Of a stretch of DNA of 64,000 bases, positions 1-16,366 are shown piece by piece. The DNA lies in assembly GCA_048128005.1 (NCBI GenBank), contig JBEUKZ010000061.1, forward strand, positions 1-64,000, in the 5' to 3' direction. The notes under the pieces are model-generated. The model saw only the letters and a program-made list of their open reading frames with translations, ran no database searches and was not told the origin of the DNA. A program made the position numbers and the translations under genes. Numbering within the stretch: the stretch's first letter is position 1; the number at the start of each line of letters is the position of its first letter. This stretch comes from Veleropilina oligotropha. Lineage: Eukaryota.

Positions 1-1660
1 GTGGCCAATAAAAAACTTCCCGAACTTTTAATAAAGGTTAATAACTTTGCAATAACCACTATATTTCTATGAAACTTCACACAAGTAAAAAATGTAATGT
101 TTTTAATATATTCTGAAAGTTTCAAGTCTCTATATCACATACTTTTTCTGTAGTCGGATAAATATAAACAAACGTCAAAACTGCAAGGGCAACGTAAAAA
201 AAGCTGCATAGTTATCTTATATTTGCTGAAAGAAGTGATCAATATGGCCTCCATCTGCTTCAAAATCTGCTCTGAGTCTTTTTTTCAAACTTGATATCGT
301 ACTTCTAACCTCTAGAGCTAAGAGATATTTTGTCCCAGCATTTCTTCAGCCTCTGTTTTAGTTCACATTCATTAAACACACCTGTACGTCCTTCGTACAC
401 TTTCTCTGACAGACTATTCCAAATGGAATAATCCAATGGGTTAAGGTCTGGTCTTCGGGGTGGCCACTCGTCTTTTTTTATGAACTCATCCACCGACTGA
501 TCCAAGAAGGCTTGCGTAGACCTACTTGTGTGCGAAGTTGCTCCATCCTGTTGGAAAACAAAACTTCCATCAGGATAGAGCCGACGGCAATCAGGCAAGA
601 GTCCCTTTTCCAATAGTTTTTGATAAGTCTCAGAGTTAACTTTCACTTTTTTGGTATCAATAAAGTGAAGCTTCGTTTTCCCATTCCACGATACCCCTGC
701 ATAAACCATTATTTTCTTGGTAAACCTTGATGTTTCATGTTACAGTCTTGTGGTGGATATATGGCCTTTCTTCCTTCCTGTACACCCTATCGTTTTGGCG
801 TTACGCGCCACCTCATACGTGAAGTCTTTCTCGTCCTTAAAGACAAGTCTTTTCGCATCCTGTTTGGAATACCTGCTGTATAACTTTTTTGAAAAGGTCT
901 TCCTTTTTTGTTTGACTGTTTTATTCGGGTTCCCGCCGTGAAACTTTTAAGCGTTTGAAAGATTTTAATTCCAATTCTTTAGTAATGTTCTGAACTGATG
1001 AGCGTGAAATTCCCAGATCTTTGGCAATTTTCCTATGAGACTTATGAGTCCCTGGCTTGTCCTCCTGCGACACAATTGCTTCTTCCACGTAAACCGTATT
1101 TGTTTCAGTATTTGCGGTTTTTGGCCTTCCACTACCTTGTTTTATACTGGTAGAACCTGAAGTCCCTATTCTCTCAATAAGGAGGTTGACTGTTCGCACA
1201 TTCCACTTTTTATCAGGGAATTCCCTTATAATCCTCGCACCACATAGCCCTTTTCCTTAAAACATGCCTCAATAACTGCTTTATCACTCTGATTAAATAC
1301 CATGTTATAATAATATAACCAAGATAGCAAACATCAAGCTCCCAGCCTATTCGGAACAAGACTGAAATTTTTAACAACACATACATGCCAGACAGATAAA
1401 ACACATGCTATTGACAATTGATTGAAGGCTGCCATCCATAACACCGCACGTGTATCTTGTCAGTGTCACAAATGACAAATATTGTCTGCCATTGCTGTTT
1501 ATGACTTTTGTTTTTAATTATCCGACTGCAGAAAAAACTTTTCAGAAAATATTAAAAACATCATATATATATAAGTGGTGTGAAGTTTCATAACAACATA
1601 GTGGTTAGTTGCAAAGTTATTAAACCTTTAAAGTTCGGGAAGTTTTTTATTGGCCACCCG
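1..1660 (-). mobile_element. Degenerate Tc1/mariner element, maT-like (DD37D)
   Basis: Imperfect ~160 bp TIRs: gtggccaataaaaaacttcccgaac at 1 and gttcgggaagttttttattggccacccg ending 1660, next to (TA)n. The left end is clipped by the window edge. Confidence 0.9.
305..1199 (-). pseudogene. Disrupted DD37D transposase
   Basis: 921-1199 carries an HTH-like GSGRPK..HRKIAKDLGISRSSV segment. 305-709 carries FQQDGATSH...WPPRRPDLNPLDY with 37 residues between the 2nd and 3rd Asp. Split into separate ORFs. Confidence 0.85.
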
Positions 1661-1776
<116 letters not shown>

Positions 1777-2322
1777 TATAATTATTATATATCAGAGAGG
1801 CCTTTTATGCATTTATAGCCCGGAATGCATGCAAACGTTCTGTTAATGCGTTCAATAACTTCGAACCAGTAATAGTTTGATTGCGGAAGAAGATTTGGAT
1901 AATTAATTTCGTAAAACCGCATTCTGAGATTTATTGCGAACTCGACATTTTTCGTTTTTGTCACTAATTGGAGAGGAGGTTCCACCCCCATCATCATATA
2001 TATGTGTCGCGCACACACTCATGCACGCACTGCGCGCGTGTGTGTGTACTGCGTGCGTGTGTGTGTGCTCGCGTGCGTGCGTGCGTTCGTTCGTTCGTTC
2101 GTGTTCGTTCTTGATTGATATATGCCTGGATAATTGCCAAACCGTGTCTTAAAACAAACAATGCCATACAATCATTTCTGAATTTCAAAAGGGATGGTGG
2201 TACAAAAATTTCAAGGTTTCATATGAATAAAACATCGGCAAATAATGTAATCTTATCGATCCCATCATAAATCTGTAAAAATCGCAGAATGTTTACTTCT
2301 TCCTGGTATCTAGGCCTCATCT

Positions 2323-2770
2323 GGGGTCACAACACAACACTATTTTAAATTGCGCGGCACATTTGTCACAACACAACTCATTTTAATAAAGCCGCACATT
2401 TGACCACACCGCAAAACTTTTTTAACCACACAACAACTTTTTTAACAACGCAAGACATTTTGGTACAATGTAGCAACTTTTATCACACTGCAACTTCATT
2501 TTATTATTTTATATTTGTTACAACAATTAACTTTTTCACAACTTTGCGTTGTGGGTACAACGCAAAACATTTTGATACCACGCATGTAGCAACTTTTTCC
2601 ACAAAGCACAACATCTTGTTACAATGCAACAACTTTTCTTCCCACAACGCAAATATTTTACTACAAATGTAACAATTTTTTCACAACACAATTTTTTTTT
2701 CACAGCACAAAACATTTTGTAACAACGCAAAAACACTTTTTCACAATGCAATACACGTTGCCCACAATAA
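2323..2770. repeat. Degenerate array of short cacaac(a/g)caa-type subrepeats, probably a MITE fragment
   Basis: Recurrent cacaac/acaatgcaac motifs separated by T runs. Confidence 0.5.
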
Positions 2771-4156
2771 AATAATATTTACGATTTTTGCAAATTTGAT
2801 ATATTCGCATTTGGTTTATGCTTTGTGATAATCAGACGGCAGAGCTAATGATAAGCGTCCTGTCGATCGTCATCTCGGGAAGCTTTTGGCGTGTCATTGG
2901 GCAAAACCTGGGGCACTTGCATCTCCTCTACTTGATAAGAGTGGTATCGTTCGAATTGTCGGAACGCTATCGCGTATATAGAAGGCCTTTATAAATAGAT
3001 AGGCTCGATCAAGAAAAGTGGGAGCCTGTCATTTCACTCACCATAGATCCGTTCGAGTGCCCCTTTAACAAGATCATTGATAATCTGGTTTGGCGAAATA
3101 GAATCAATACTAAACGTACAGGGAGAGGTCAGGGGCTTATCCAGGATTTTGAAAAGGGGTCCAACTTTCATCAAATATACTATCGACTGAAACGTTGATT
3201 ATCAACAACCTGAAACCTCGTCTCCTGCATTCAGGGCAAAAGCGATATTTCTTACTAACATTTACGAACCAATTTCACTAAAATATATGAGTAATTTTTT
3301 CCTATTTTTCCCCACAATCTAACACATTCATTTCTGCTTTCAAACGTGCGGTCCAGACCGCCTGTATCCCCAGAAAAGTCAAGAAACAGTGTGCAATTTG
3401 AAACTAATTTTTTCGTTCACAATCAAAGACAAGCATTTTTTGCCCCCCCCCATAAAATTTTGATAATTAACGATGTGAAACCCCCTCTCCTGCATTCTGC
3501 CAGTGCAAACGCGATATTTATTACAAACATTTATGAAAAGTTTTCATTAAAATGTATAAATAAATATTTCGTTTTTTTTCGCAATGAACACTGATGGCGG
3601 GGTACCGGTTGCGTGACGATAAGCTGGAATTGATCTCTATGCAGGGATATCACGTGTAACAGGTACAGGCACGAACTCCTGATGTCGATAGTTTTACCAT
3701 ATTTTTAATAGCACTAACTGAATACCAGACCAGTCTAACCAGAAAACGCGACCCGATAGGAGACATATGAGAGTCCAGAGGCTCCAGATAGAGAAGCTGG
3801 ACCCATCATTGACAATGGTGAAACCTATTCCAGGAAGGCATTATAAATACGTCTCACTGGAGGCTACTCCAACAACGTTAGAAGTTGCTACTCCATAGTA
3901 GGGTAAGTTAGGCACGTCAACCCAGACTGGTGTGTTATAGGAGTAAATGGGTTACGCCTGTGTAGGTGTCATTGACGGCTCGAGTTAGGCAAATTATATG
4001 GATATCCCTCATCACTTTATTAAAAGCGACATCGATGAGGAAAAAACAATCTTAGATCATGACTGACTCATCGTCAAAAGTGATCGTGAAGCGATGTCTC
4101 AGGGCGTGTAGGCCGTGTCTCGGTGCATCTAGACCCAAATACGTCCTCTGCGACGC

Positions 4157-4348
4157 TCAACAGGATCTTGCCTTCAGTCCGACCAGTGGATCCTTTTCCA
4201 CGTTCTCAGGTTTCAGCCACGTCTCGGCCAACATTATATATCTAGCTATATATACTATGAATATATGCATATCTGAGTTAATTTCACAGTGTACGTTACA
4301 ACTGCATGGACAGATATCAGTTCTCCTCCAGAAAGATCTTTGTGGCAA
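4157..4348 (-). pseudogene. Possible decayed LINE APE-endonuclease fragment
   Basis: IMLAETWLKP resembles the APE 'ETWL' motif; no other motif confidently recovered. Confidence 0.3.
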
Positions 4349-5084
4349 AGGTTTGACAACTAACCAGACGGAGTACGGCGTGATCTTCGCGTCATTCGTT
4401 CATTGTTTGAACAATGCATCTCGCCATGCGCCAATCTGTTGATAGTCGATCTGACGACAAACAGTTTTGTAGGACATTTCAACTATACTTATTATTCGCC
4501 ACCTATTGACGTCCGCTAGGTCCTATGGGCCATTTTGCACAAGAATGATAACTACTTTGACTAGTGCTCGGACAATTTCAAAATATGCTTGTATTTAGCG
4601 TCAAAGAATAGTTTCAATGTCATGGACACAACACGATCAAATTGTAGCTATGGGCAATTTCACTAGTGTCTTAGAATCATTCCATTGTTGATTTATGATG
4701 GTATGGTAATAGCAGAGTGTGGTGTTTTAACCTGAACCTTGACCAAATGTGTGACGGAAAAAAATTAAGGCGATCACTATAGAAGAGGGTATGGTTTGGA
4801 TAGATACACATTGTACCGACTGTTTGTACAGCCTTCAAGTTCATACTAGAACGCCCATATTATCTTGGGAGACAAGCCAGGGACAACTTCCCCTCACTGT
4901 CCCGTTATGGATCACTGCGATTGTTTATTGAACAAAGTTCGCAGACAACGATTCGAACCCACTCCTGGGAGACACAGCGGTCAAGTGGGTGAATTAATCA
5001 CTATACTACTGGTACAGTCAACCACTGTAAGCCCACCTTGAGAGACCCGTAGTAAGCTGGCAATCAACTATATATAGTAATTAA

Positions 5085-5670
5085 AGCTGCAAAGCAACTG
5101 TACAGGGATCCAAGTTGATCGCGTTATATCGCCCGCATCCATCTTGTATTACGCCCGATTGATTTTTCGCTCGCAATATAACTTATTTGATCATAAGATG
5201 TCCATCATATGTAGAAAGTTTCGAATCGCAGGCTTTATGCTTTAAAATCCAAGATGAAGGCCACAGCTAGCGGCCATCCTGAAGTTCGAACCACACCAAA
5301 ATTTCTAGGTGCCCTGTCCTCACCCAAACCAATGCACATACCAAACTTGAAAACATTCCGTTAAGAAATGTCTTGTCTTGAGCGATCACGAGGAATCTCT
5401 CGGCGGCGGCCATCGTGGATGTCGTACCACACCCGCAATCTATAAGCATGTGTCGTGTCCTCACCCAAACCAATGCACATGTATACCAAATTTGAAAACA
5501 TTCCGTTAAGAAATGACCTGTCTAGAGCGATCACAAGCAATTATGGTGGCTGTAGCGCCAATCTTGGAGATCGGACCACACACAAAACTATGTGTCGTGT
5601 CCTCGCGCCAACCAATGCACATACCAAATTTAAAAACATTTCGTTAAGAAATGGCCTGTCTAGAGCTGTT
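5085..5670 (+). repeat. Tandem-repeat non-autonomous element (Helentron-like), partial
   Basis: ~120 bp units containing ccaatgcacataccaaatttgaaaacattccg; same family at 7540-8120 and related to 24725-25430. Confidence 0.6.
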
Positions 5671-5772
5671 GTGTCCATACATCACAGAAGCATAGCACAG
5701 TTGACGCATGCGCAGGAGATTGAAATGTAATATTTCAAGTTGATGCTATTAATAATTATACTGTTATGGTGA

Positions 5773-6298
5773 CATATATAGAGGATATCGAACGAGTGTC
5801 CATTCCATATGAGAATTATGAAACGAGTCGGGCACAATTTATGTACCGAGCCTTGGCGAGGTACATAAATTTGCTGACGAGTTTCATAATTCTCATATGA
5901 AATGGACACAAGTTTCATATCTTCTTTATCACATGACTTTATTTACCTTTAAACTTATTTTATTGCGTTTTTAAACACATTTCTTTACGTTTTAAAAATA
6001 ATTTCTGTCATTAATTTCAGTCATTAAACGGCCTGACCCAAACGCTTCACGCCTCGACAGGACGCGCCACGCCAGTATGCCAATAACAAATAGTTCAACG
6101 TCCGTAATCGACGAGTGAACGCGTATGAATTATTCATTATGTTAATGAGGGTGATTCGCCGCCTAATCAACTTGGCGCCAGATGCGATGATCGGCCGTCA
6201 TGTACGTCCTCATTTGCATACTTATGTGACGTGTCTTTTGTATTGAAATTTATGGAACGGGTTGAACAGTTCCATAACAGCTGTGTCATGTGATAAAT
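5773..6298 (+). mobile_element. ~520 bp non-autonomous element with a long terminal hairpin (copy 1)
   Basis: Near-identical inverted copy at 13358-13880; palindrome at about 5796-5910. Confidence 0.8.
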
Positions 6299-7539
6299 TC
6301 AAATATATGCGTTTAACAGGAGTAAACACACGCTTTAACCCGAAGTGTCGGTATCTGATGTAATGCTGTTTATTATGTCTCTATATGCACAAACAGTTAC
6401 AATGGATTGTTTGTAGTCTGGAGTCCCTTTAATTGTTTATCTTTATATGGTCACTGATATCAATACCATGATATCAGCGCAAAAGTGTTGACATCGATAT
6501 TTATATAACGACCATTGTGTTTACATCTGAGAGGCTGAACGGCTCCTGTACTTTACAGAAACAGGATTGTTGAGTGATAGTAATGACAAACAGCCGGGCC
6601 TGGTGGAAATGAGTCATCAGTCACAGTTAAAAAAATTAACCTGTAATGGTCAATTGATGATTCAAATTTAATGAAAATGAATATTTGTATTAATTGTACA
6701 GATAATGATCCCCAGTTCAAATTCCAAGGTGATGACATCAGTATCAGATGTTTTATGGACGTTTTAAAATGCAAATTTAAATTAATTGTTATTGTTAAAT
6801 GCAAACAATTGTCAATATTTTATATACATATTCCATTAGAGCTATTTCATGAGAACAATATGAATTATTTTGTCTTTCATTTTACCAAAAATTAAAAGAA
6901 CTACAGCCGCTTTAAATTTTAAAATTGAATTCATCATAGCCGTTGATGCGCTTATGATAACAACTTTTCGTTCATAAAACAGTATAAAGATGATATGACG
7001 TCGTTACCTGTCGATATTCACTTCACACGGACCAACTTTTAATGAGGAAATGACATTTTAAGTATTTTTATGAATACAAGATTGTGGCGCAACCACAAGA
7101 CGCATCAATGATCTCTTTGCAGCAAACATAACTTAGCATAGGCGCCCACACCTCAGCGAAAGTTAAATAGAATAGTTAAAACGTAATAAGACCTATAGTC
7201 AAAATAAAAAGTGTTAAAAACCCCATTGTTTTTCCAATATTCAGATGCCCGCAGCGGCCTCCTTTTACGACAGATCTATTTTTCGCTAGCAATTTAGCAT
7301 CGCCTTAATACGTAAATCATATTTAGAAAGTCTTGCCTTGTAGTCATTGACGGTTTTTGAGAAGTATTTTTTCAAAATTTTAATATATTCAAGATGGCGG
7401 CCGAACACAGTGAACTACGAAGTCAAATTATTGCGCCGACCTACTTTGCTCATGGACCAACGTTATGTGAAAGTTTGAAACGTCTGGTTATTGCCGTTTT
7501 TGAGTTACAGCTGGAAGGAAACATGAGGATTAATAATAA

Positions 7540-8120
7540 TAACTAGAACGCTCAGTCACGAGTGACCTCATATGTATCCCCAGGTAATGATGACCTGTCT
7601 AGAGCGATCACAATGAATTATGCTTTAAAATCCAAGATGGAGGCCACAACGGCCATCTTGGAGGTCGCCCTAACCAATGTACATACCAAATTTGAAAACA
7701 TTCCGTAAAGATTAAGCAATGACCTGTCTAGAGTGATCACAAGCAATTATGCTGGCCGTGGAGGCCATCTTGGAGAGCGGACCACACCCCAAATCTATAG
7801 GTGTCTTGTCCTCACCCCAACCAATGCACAAACCAAATTTGAAAACATTCCGTTAATAAATGGCCTGTCTAGAGCGATCACAAGGAATTATGCTTTAAAA
7901 TCCAAGATGGTGGCCCCAGCGCCCATCTTGGAGGTCGGACCACACCCAAATTCTATAGGTGTCGTGTCCTCGCCCCAACCAATGCACATACCAAATTTGA
8001 AAACATTCTGTTAAGGAATGGCCCGTTTACAGCGATCACGAGGAATCTCTCGGCGGGCGCGGCGTAACGGACGTTAAACCATAGTATCCCCCCAACACTT
8101 TCGTTTCGGGGGATACAATA
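7540..8120 (+). repeat. Helentron-like tandem-repeat element
   Basis: Starts aactagaa; tandem units; 3' hairpin tatccccc...gggggata near 8086-8115. Confidence 0.6.
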
Positions 8121-8169
8121 ATCCGTACAATTACAATAGGTCTTCAAGACAATTAGACTTGAAGCCCTA

Positions 8170-10240
8170 ACTAGAGGATTTGTTTTTGTGTGAAAACATA
8201 TGTCACCCCGTTTGAGAGAAATCATTCCACACTCAGACCCTCATGAAGTTCCAAAAGTCACAACCTATTGAAAATCAATAACTAAAGGAACACAAAATTT
8301 TATCATCCTGCACATGCTTGAAAGGTAAGCAATGCATCTACAAATAAATCAGAAGGATGGATGCGATTTGAAATCTCGAAGAACAAGCCCAGACATGATG
8401 TGGGGATGAAATTAAAGATCATTACGGCAAGGTGAAAAGTCATTTTTGGAAAATTTCACCGCCTTGCACAATGTCATGTAAGAGGTCAATAATATATGAA
8501 AGGAAATATGCTGGCATGTATCCTAATAGGATCTGAGATATAGGCCGGACAAAGTCTGTTCTTTAAAGTACATTCTTACCTCTGTGACCTTGACCTTTGA
8601 CCGAACAACAAAACTGAACATAGTTATACAATGATTCACTTACCCTTAGGGAAAAATTTGGTGGGCAAAATATTAAGAAAACAAAATATAGAAATCGCCA
8701 AATATGGAAATTTTTCATCAAGGGCACAGTGCCGAGGTCAAAGGTTAAAATTGCAAAATTTTAGCGCCGTGCTCATGCTTGAAGTGTGGACCATGCATAT
8801 ACAAAGAAATTAAAAGGAGATTTGAAATCTCAGAGAACGAGGCCGGACACGATTTAGGGGTCAACGGTCATTACGGCAAGGTCGAAGGTTCGGAAAATTA
8901 CGCCGCCTTGCACAATGGCACGCTAGGGGGGTTAGCACACCACATGAAATCTTGCTGGCATGTACAGAACCAGAGATCTAATCAGGACAAGGTGTGTGTG
9001 TCAGGAAAGTACATTTTGACCACTGTGACCTTGACCTTCGACGGAACAACAAAATTGAACATTGTTGTATAATGTACTCGCCCTAAGGAAAAAATTTAGT
9101 GGAAAAAAATTAAGACAACAATAAAATATAAAAGTACCCAAATATGGAAATTTGATCAAGGTTACAGTGCCAAGGTCAAATTTTTTGCGCCCTGCACATG
9201 CTTGAAGTGTGGGCCATGCATCTACAAAGAAATTAGGAGGATAAGAGTTGAAATCTCATAGAACCAGGTGGACACGATTTCGGGGTCAAAGGTCATTATG
9301 TCAAGGTCGAAGTTCGTTTTCGCAATATTTTGCCAAAAAGCACAATGGCATGACAGGGGGATTTAACATACCAAAGGAAATCATGCTGACATGTATAGGA
9401 CCCGAGATCTAGCCCGGAGAAGGTGTTTGTCAGGAAAGTACATTTGTGACCTTGACCTTTGACCGAACAACAAAATTGAACATTTGTTATATAATGTACT
9501 CACCCTGAGGAAAAACTTGGTGAAAAAAATAAAGAAAACAATAAAATATCAAAGTGCTGAAGCACTGAAATGTCGGAAAGCGAAAAAGTATTGATTTCGC
9601 AACACGAACCTACTTTTGTCAAAGTTTTTGTCAAAAGCTAACATTTGCCTAAATGGAAAATTTAGTTAAGAGAAAATTGATAAATTTCATACATCCAAAG
9701 ACTATGTTTTAAATCAGCAAAAGTCAGCAATAAATCAAGGTTTCAAAAAATCCCCAATATTTGAACCTGATCTACCCCATGATGGGGATGCTAGCATCTC
9801 TGAAAATGAAATAAGTGCATGTGACAAAATTGTCCACATCCATGCTTGCAGAGACTTGTAATGTACAAAATCGCAAAAAAATCCATAAATTTAAAAAAAC
9901 CATTCCCCATATTCGAAAAGGAAAAAGGAAAGGATCAATGCTTATTGTCCTATATATTTCCAACCTATTTAGGTTCAAACCAGGACATGTCCTTATTATT
10001 GCGGGAGGAAAGCCTGGTGAAACCTGCCCTCTTGGGCCAGTTAACGGACAACTGTGATTCATAACTTTGATGTGATTAATTGATCGGTAATGTTTGAGAA
10101 AGCTAGAAATTCTAGATATGAAAAAAATTGTGAGGAAATAGACCACATCTATGCTTCCAGAGACTATGTTCAGAAGTGCTGAAAAGTCACCAAAAAAAGA
10201 AATTCCGCGAAATTATATGTCTCGCCCATCCCTGCTTACT
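8170..10240 (+). repeat. Helentron-like repeat element(s) with tgaccttgacctt units, plus a SINE fragment near 9930-10070
   Basis: Repeated ~450 bp units; related sequence at 31250-31820 and 14220-14650. Confidence 0.55.
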
Positions 10241-10604
10241 TTGAAAAGGGCCACATTTTCAGTTTGTAAAGTAAGAATTCAGACGTACAACCTATGCAGT
10301 GCTGATCCTAATATAGTTATTGTAAGACTTAAAGTTTCAGAGAAACAGAAATATATACAAAATCTTATTATTATTTCCTCGAGATTAAATATATTTATCA
10401 GCCAATCCATGACAAAATAGTATACCGATAATGACTCTAACCTTGACCAGTTGAGGAGAGTGATATTAGACACTGGATACAGTCTGTTCTTGTTATGGCA
10501 ATATATACTGCCATCTCGATACCCATGGAATAAACCAATGGGGAAGCCAGTAGTTTTCAAAATCCATCTGATTTTGATAATCCCAGCTGCTCAGTGACCA
10601 TTAA

Positions 10605-11053
10605 AGGATTTGTGAACCAAAATTCATAATATATGCGAAATTTGACTATGCGGCATATTCCTATCATATTATTTGTTGTTTTAGTCTTTCACGAGTGTCC
10701 GCGTTTATTGTAAGCTGACCTGGCGAAATAATCAATCAGCTCAAGAATAGTCATATTTTCAGGTCAGGGGTCGAATTTTGACGTCACGGATGGAAAGGCT
10801 GCTTGGAATCTTTTCAATTCGATGTCAACATCATTGTCCGCAATTGGTTACTCAACAGGAACAATAGCATTAGGATTCGTGGGTCTAGTGTGTCGTTACC
10901 TAATAAGTGTTCGGGAAATTTCTGGGCGACTTGCTAAGGATCTTTTGTATCCATGTTATATATAATCTAAATCATGGCGCTACTAATAAGAGATTAAATA
11001 CATATACGATAGCATTATTATCAGCCAGAATATATTATGCGTTCACGAGTCCT
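10605..11053. mobile_element. Non-autonomous DNA transposon with TTAA TSD (Kolobok-like)
   Basis: TTAA at 10601-04 and 11054-57; imperfect TIRs aggatttgtgaac / gttcacgagtcct. Confidence 0.7.
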
Positions 11054-11664
11054 TTAAGCTTAACAGCTTACTGTGCCTATCGGCAGTGAGCAAGTCTTAC
11101 TGATAAGCATATGTCCCTTTCATCATACAAACATAATACATACTATATCTGCTTCTGTTCTATCCTCAATATTTCAAGGCATAATTAAACTTTTCAGAAT
11201 AACTGCTCTAGTGTGTAGGCATAGCAACAATAAATCATGCAACGTCTTCATAATTTTTTTGGGGGGGGTGGCATGAGGTGTGGGGGGGGGGGGTGGGTGA
11301 CAAATTGGAAGGTCATGTATGTGCCTCCCTCAGCTCTAAATGAAACAAGAACGACGCGTTCGAAATATGTCTTGACCTTTCTTTATTTCCCTCAAATTTT
11401 CATAACAGTTAATAAAATGGCTAAGTGCAAGTACTTCATGGCTTAATTTACTACCCCGTCGATTATGACGTCACCAAATGACGATTAATCTAAAGCGACG
11501 TCGTAATGACGTCATTGCTATTTGCTTGCAATATTAGACATCCGTTATATACAAATATGGATAAAAGTGCTCAATAAATGCATATGTTTGAAAAATTGTG
11601 TCGCGAAAGTTATATACACGACCTACAAATACTCTTGGGAATGTGTGTAGTTTTCAAATAAATC

Positions 11665-13302
<1,638 letters not shown>

Positions 13303-13357
13303 TATATATATATATATATATACATATATACATATATACATATATACATACATACAT

Positions 13358-13880
13358 ATTTATCACATAACAAACCTGTTATGGAACTCTGTAGGCCGTT
13401 CCATAAATCTATGTAAGAAAAGACACGTGCCATAAGTATGCAAATGAGGGTGAGCATGACGGCCGACCATCACATCTGGCGCCAAGTTGATTAGGCGGCG
13501 AATCACACTCAGTAACATAATGAATAATTTATACGCGTTCACTCGTCGATTACGGACGTTGAACTATTTGTTATTGGCGTACTGGCGTGGCGCGTGCTGT
13601 CGAGGCGTGAAGCGTCTGGGTCAGGCCGTTTAATGACTGAAATTAATGACATAAATTAGTTTTAAAACGTAAAGAAATGTGTTTAAAAACGCAATAAAAT
13701 AAGTTTAAAGGTAAATAAAGTCATGTGATAAAGAAGATATGAAACTTGTGTCCATTTCATATGAGAATTATGAAACTCGTCAGCAAATTTATGTACCTCG
13801 CCAAGGCTCGGTACATAAATTGTGCCCGACTCGTTTCATAATTCTCATATGGAATGGACACTCGTTCGATATCCTCTATA
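13358..13880 (-). mobile_element. Hairpin-ended non-autonomous element (copy 2, inverted)
   Basis: Reverse complement of 5773-6298; flanked by TA/TACA microsatellites. Confidence 0.8.
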
Positions 13881-14120
13881 TACATATATACATATATACA
13901 TACATACATACATACATACATACATACATACATACATACATACATACATACATACATACATACATACATACATACATACATACATACATACATACATACA
14001 TACATACATACATACATACATACATACATACATACATACATACATACATACATACATACATACATACATACATACATACATACATACATACATACATACA
14101 TACATACATACATACATACA

Positions 14121-14156
<36 letters not shown>

Positions 14157-14210
14157 TATATTATATATATATATACATATATAAGTATATAAGTATATAT
14201 GTATATACAC
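13881..14210. repeat. (TACA)n / (TA)n microsatellite
   Basis: Direct reading. Confidence 0.97.
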
Positions 14211-15064
14211 ACGGACCATTTGATAATGTCTTGTCCTTTTTTACAAAAAGGTCAAGACATAAAAAAAGATGTGAGAAATAGACCACAGCCATGCTTCCAG
14301 AGACTATGTTCAAAATTGCCGAAAATCACCAAAAAACAATAAATTTTCAAAATAAGTTCACAATATTCGAACCAATGATGCGGTTAGTAAGTCTGTAATG
14401 TTTCAGAAAGCTAGTATTTCTCTAAATGGAAAAAAACAATGTGAGAAATGGGCCATATCCATGCTTTCAGAAGCTATGTTCAAATTCGCCGTAGTCGCCA
14501 AAAAACAAGTTTTCAAAATAAATTTCCAATATTTGAACTCTATCTACCCAATGACTTTATTTACCTACAACATCTAAAAAGATGTGAGAAAATCCGGGAC
14601 CGACGCACGAACGCGGATTCTATGTCCCCCGTCCGCCCGATAGGCGGACAATAATTCTTGCCAGAATTTACAGAAAACGAAAGTGCCTAAATGGTTTTAG
14701 ATAATTAAACTTAATGCCTTTTACTTTCAGTTATCCATCGTTTTTTAACATTTACATGATGCCTTTCCATATTATTAATTGCAATAATCATGAAGGAAAT
14801 ATCCCTGAGAATATACACAAAATTGGATCAGTAAACTGTAATAATAGTAAATATGATGACTGACCTGCCATCAAATTTTATCCACAAGCAGCATCTTTTT
14901 GGAAGTCTAATCAAAATTTGACAAGCCAAACAAGGATATTAAATATCAGTTTATATCACTTCAACCAGTTGTAGCAGTATGATCCTTTTATTTTATATTT
15001 TAAATATAATGGATATTTTATTAAGTTTCTTTCGACAATTAAGATGTAATTGACATATTTAGAA

Positions 15065-16366
15065 ACTAGAAATGTGTCCATCGGACACGAATGCCCCCAC
15101 TGGCATCCTTGACCATAGGGGCAGCAAAGATCGTTTTGTGGAGTTATTTACAGACAATTCGCAGAAGGGAAGTACGAATGATGACAAGCAAGTTTATGAA
15201 GTAGCAAGTCAATCCATGAAGACAGATGGAAGTTATATCAAAATGGAGTTACTTGCATGCAAATACTGGTCCGAAAAGCTAAATCATTTGACCTTGGGCA
15301 AAGGGGGAGGAGGAATTATGCTTAATGTCCTGTATATTTATAACATCGAGGTTCAAGGCAGGACATGTCCGTGTTATCGCGGGAGGAAACCCCGGTCGCC
15401 GGGTAAACCCGCCCTCTTCGGCCAGTCACGGACAACTGTGCCTCATAACTTGAACAAATGTGTGCTGCCTCAGCCGGGGGTCGATCCCACTACTGTTCGC
15501 GTCAGCGGAAACAAGCCAGTGAATTTAGATTGCGCTACCGAAGCGGTGACATGAGTGGGTCGCAGAAGGGAAGTATGAATGATGGTAAGCAAGTATATGA
15601 AGTATCGAGTCAATCTATGAAGGCAGTGATAGCAGAATGAAGTTACCAGCATGCAAATACTGGTCCGAAGAGCTAAGTCATTTGACCTTGGGCATAGGGG
15701 CGACATGGGTGGGCTGCAGAAGGGAAGTATGAATGATGATAAACAAGTGTATGAAGTATCAAGTCAATCCATGAAGGCAGATGCAAGTTATTGCAGAATG
15801 GAGTTGCTCGCATGCAAATACTGGTCCGAAGAGCCAAGTCATTTGACCTTGACCATTGGCATAGGGGTGACATGGTTGGGTCACAGAAGCGAAGTAGGAA
15901 TAATGATATGTAAGTGTATGAAGTATAGAGTAGATCCATGAAGGCAGATGGAAGTTAATAGCAGAATGGAGTTACTCGCACGCAAATACTGGTCTGAAGA
16001 GCCAAGTCATTTGACCTTGAGCATAGGGGCGACATGGATGGATTGCAGAAGAGAAGTATGAATGATGATAAGCAAGTGTATGAAGTATCAAGTCAATCCA
16101 TGAAGGGAGATGGAAGATATAGCAGAATGAGTTACTCGCACGTAAATAAATACTGGTCCGAAGAGCTATGTTATTTGACCTGGAGGCGACTGGATGGGTC
16201 GCATAAGCGAAGTATGAATGATGATAAGCAAGTGTATGAAGTATCAAGTTAATTCATGAAGGCAGATGGAAGTTAAGCAGATGGAAGTTAAGCAGAATGA
16301 AGTTACTTGCACGCAACACTGGTTTTCGGGACGGACGGACAAGGGTAAATCTAAAGGGGGGCATAA
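15065..16366 (+). repeat. Helentron-like element with ~160 bp tandem units
   Basis: actagaaatgtgtcc start; repeated gaagtatgaatgatga...caagtcaatccatgaagg units; ggacggacggac and gggggcataa end. Confidence 0.7.
15305..15546 (-). mobile_element. tRNA-derived SINE inserted into the tandem array
   Basis: Same family as 32796-33054 and 33167-33434. Confidence 0.8.

Noticed and set aside
13739..14281. YIHT/MYVC repeat ORFs (also the YI repeats at 1580-1846 and 11598-11897)
   Set aside because: Translations of (TACA)n and (TA)n microsatellites
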